64,000 nucleotides of DNA from the NCBI GenBank assembly GCA_012295275.1, contig CM022672.1, forward strand, positions 34,162,001 through 34,226,000, read 5' to 3'. Of the stretch, positions 63,508 through 64,000 are shown piece by piece (the first letter of the stretch is position 1; each line of letters begins with the position of its first letter). The notes beneath the pieces were generated by a model. That model was not told the DNA's origin, did not search any database, and worked only from the letters and a program-made list of their open reading frames with translations. The stretch is from Chrysomallon squamiferum (Eukaryota > Animalia > Mollusca). Position numbers and translations under genes: made by a program.

Positions 63508-64000
63508 AGACACACAGATACACACACACACACACGCAGGTATTCTACTGGTAATAAATAATGAAAATCTCATCAAAATTTTTTAAATTACTTACAAATC
63601 ATATCAAACCCTTATCACTTCCCAGACAATGATTTAAAATCACAATACATAACATATCTACACATCATTAACCTTTTCTTCCTCTTTGATTACAAAACAA
63701 ACAAGGTTTATATTTTATCAGTTTAAAACATACTAGATTACATGACATTACAAACGATAGCTTTTAATTATGGTGTATGCATTAATAATAATAATAATAA
63801 TAATAACAATAATAATAATGATAATAATAATAATGGATATGAAATAAACTGAAATAAACTGAATGATGTAAATGGAGAAACACACACATACACACACAGA
63901 CAGACACACACACACATACACTCACAGACAGACACACACACAGAGACACACACACACACACACACACAGACACACAGACAGACAGACACACACACAGACA

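Overview
AT-rich, microsatellite-dense, intron-rich animal DNA. It resembles a mollusc or cephalopod genome, but that is an inference from composition only. Four genes were reconstructed by hand from splice sites and reading phase: (1) a 3-exon ankyrin-repeat gene with a GKK-rich tail (minus, 913-2922, 188 aa, one GC-AG intron); (2) head-to-head with it, a 13-exon SMYD3-like SET/MYND methyltransferase (plus, 3563-17773, 454 aa); (3) an intronless RING-Bbox-Bbox-coiled-coil-NHL (TRIM2/3-like) gene nested antisense in SMYD3 intron 8 (10528-12848), broken by three single-base frameshifts but with no premature stop in the stitched frame; (4) RalGPS (RasGEF + PH; minus, 22646-62266, about 571 aa, first coding exon tentative). 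The most striking pattern is that tandem duplications repeatedly copy exon/intron junctions. These include in-frame copies of AG|GT acceptors that could be removed by recursive splicing, a 12-copy array of a donor site, and older copies whose splice sites have decayed. Most ORFs in the supplied track are microsatellite artefacts.
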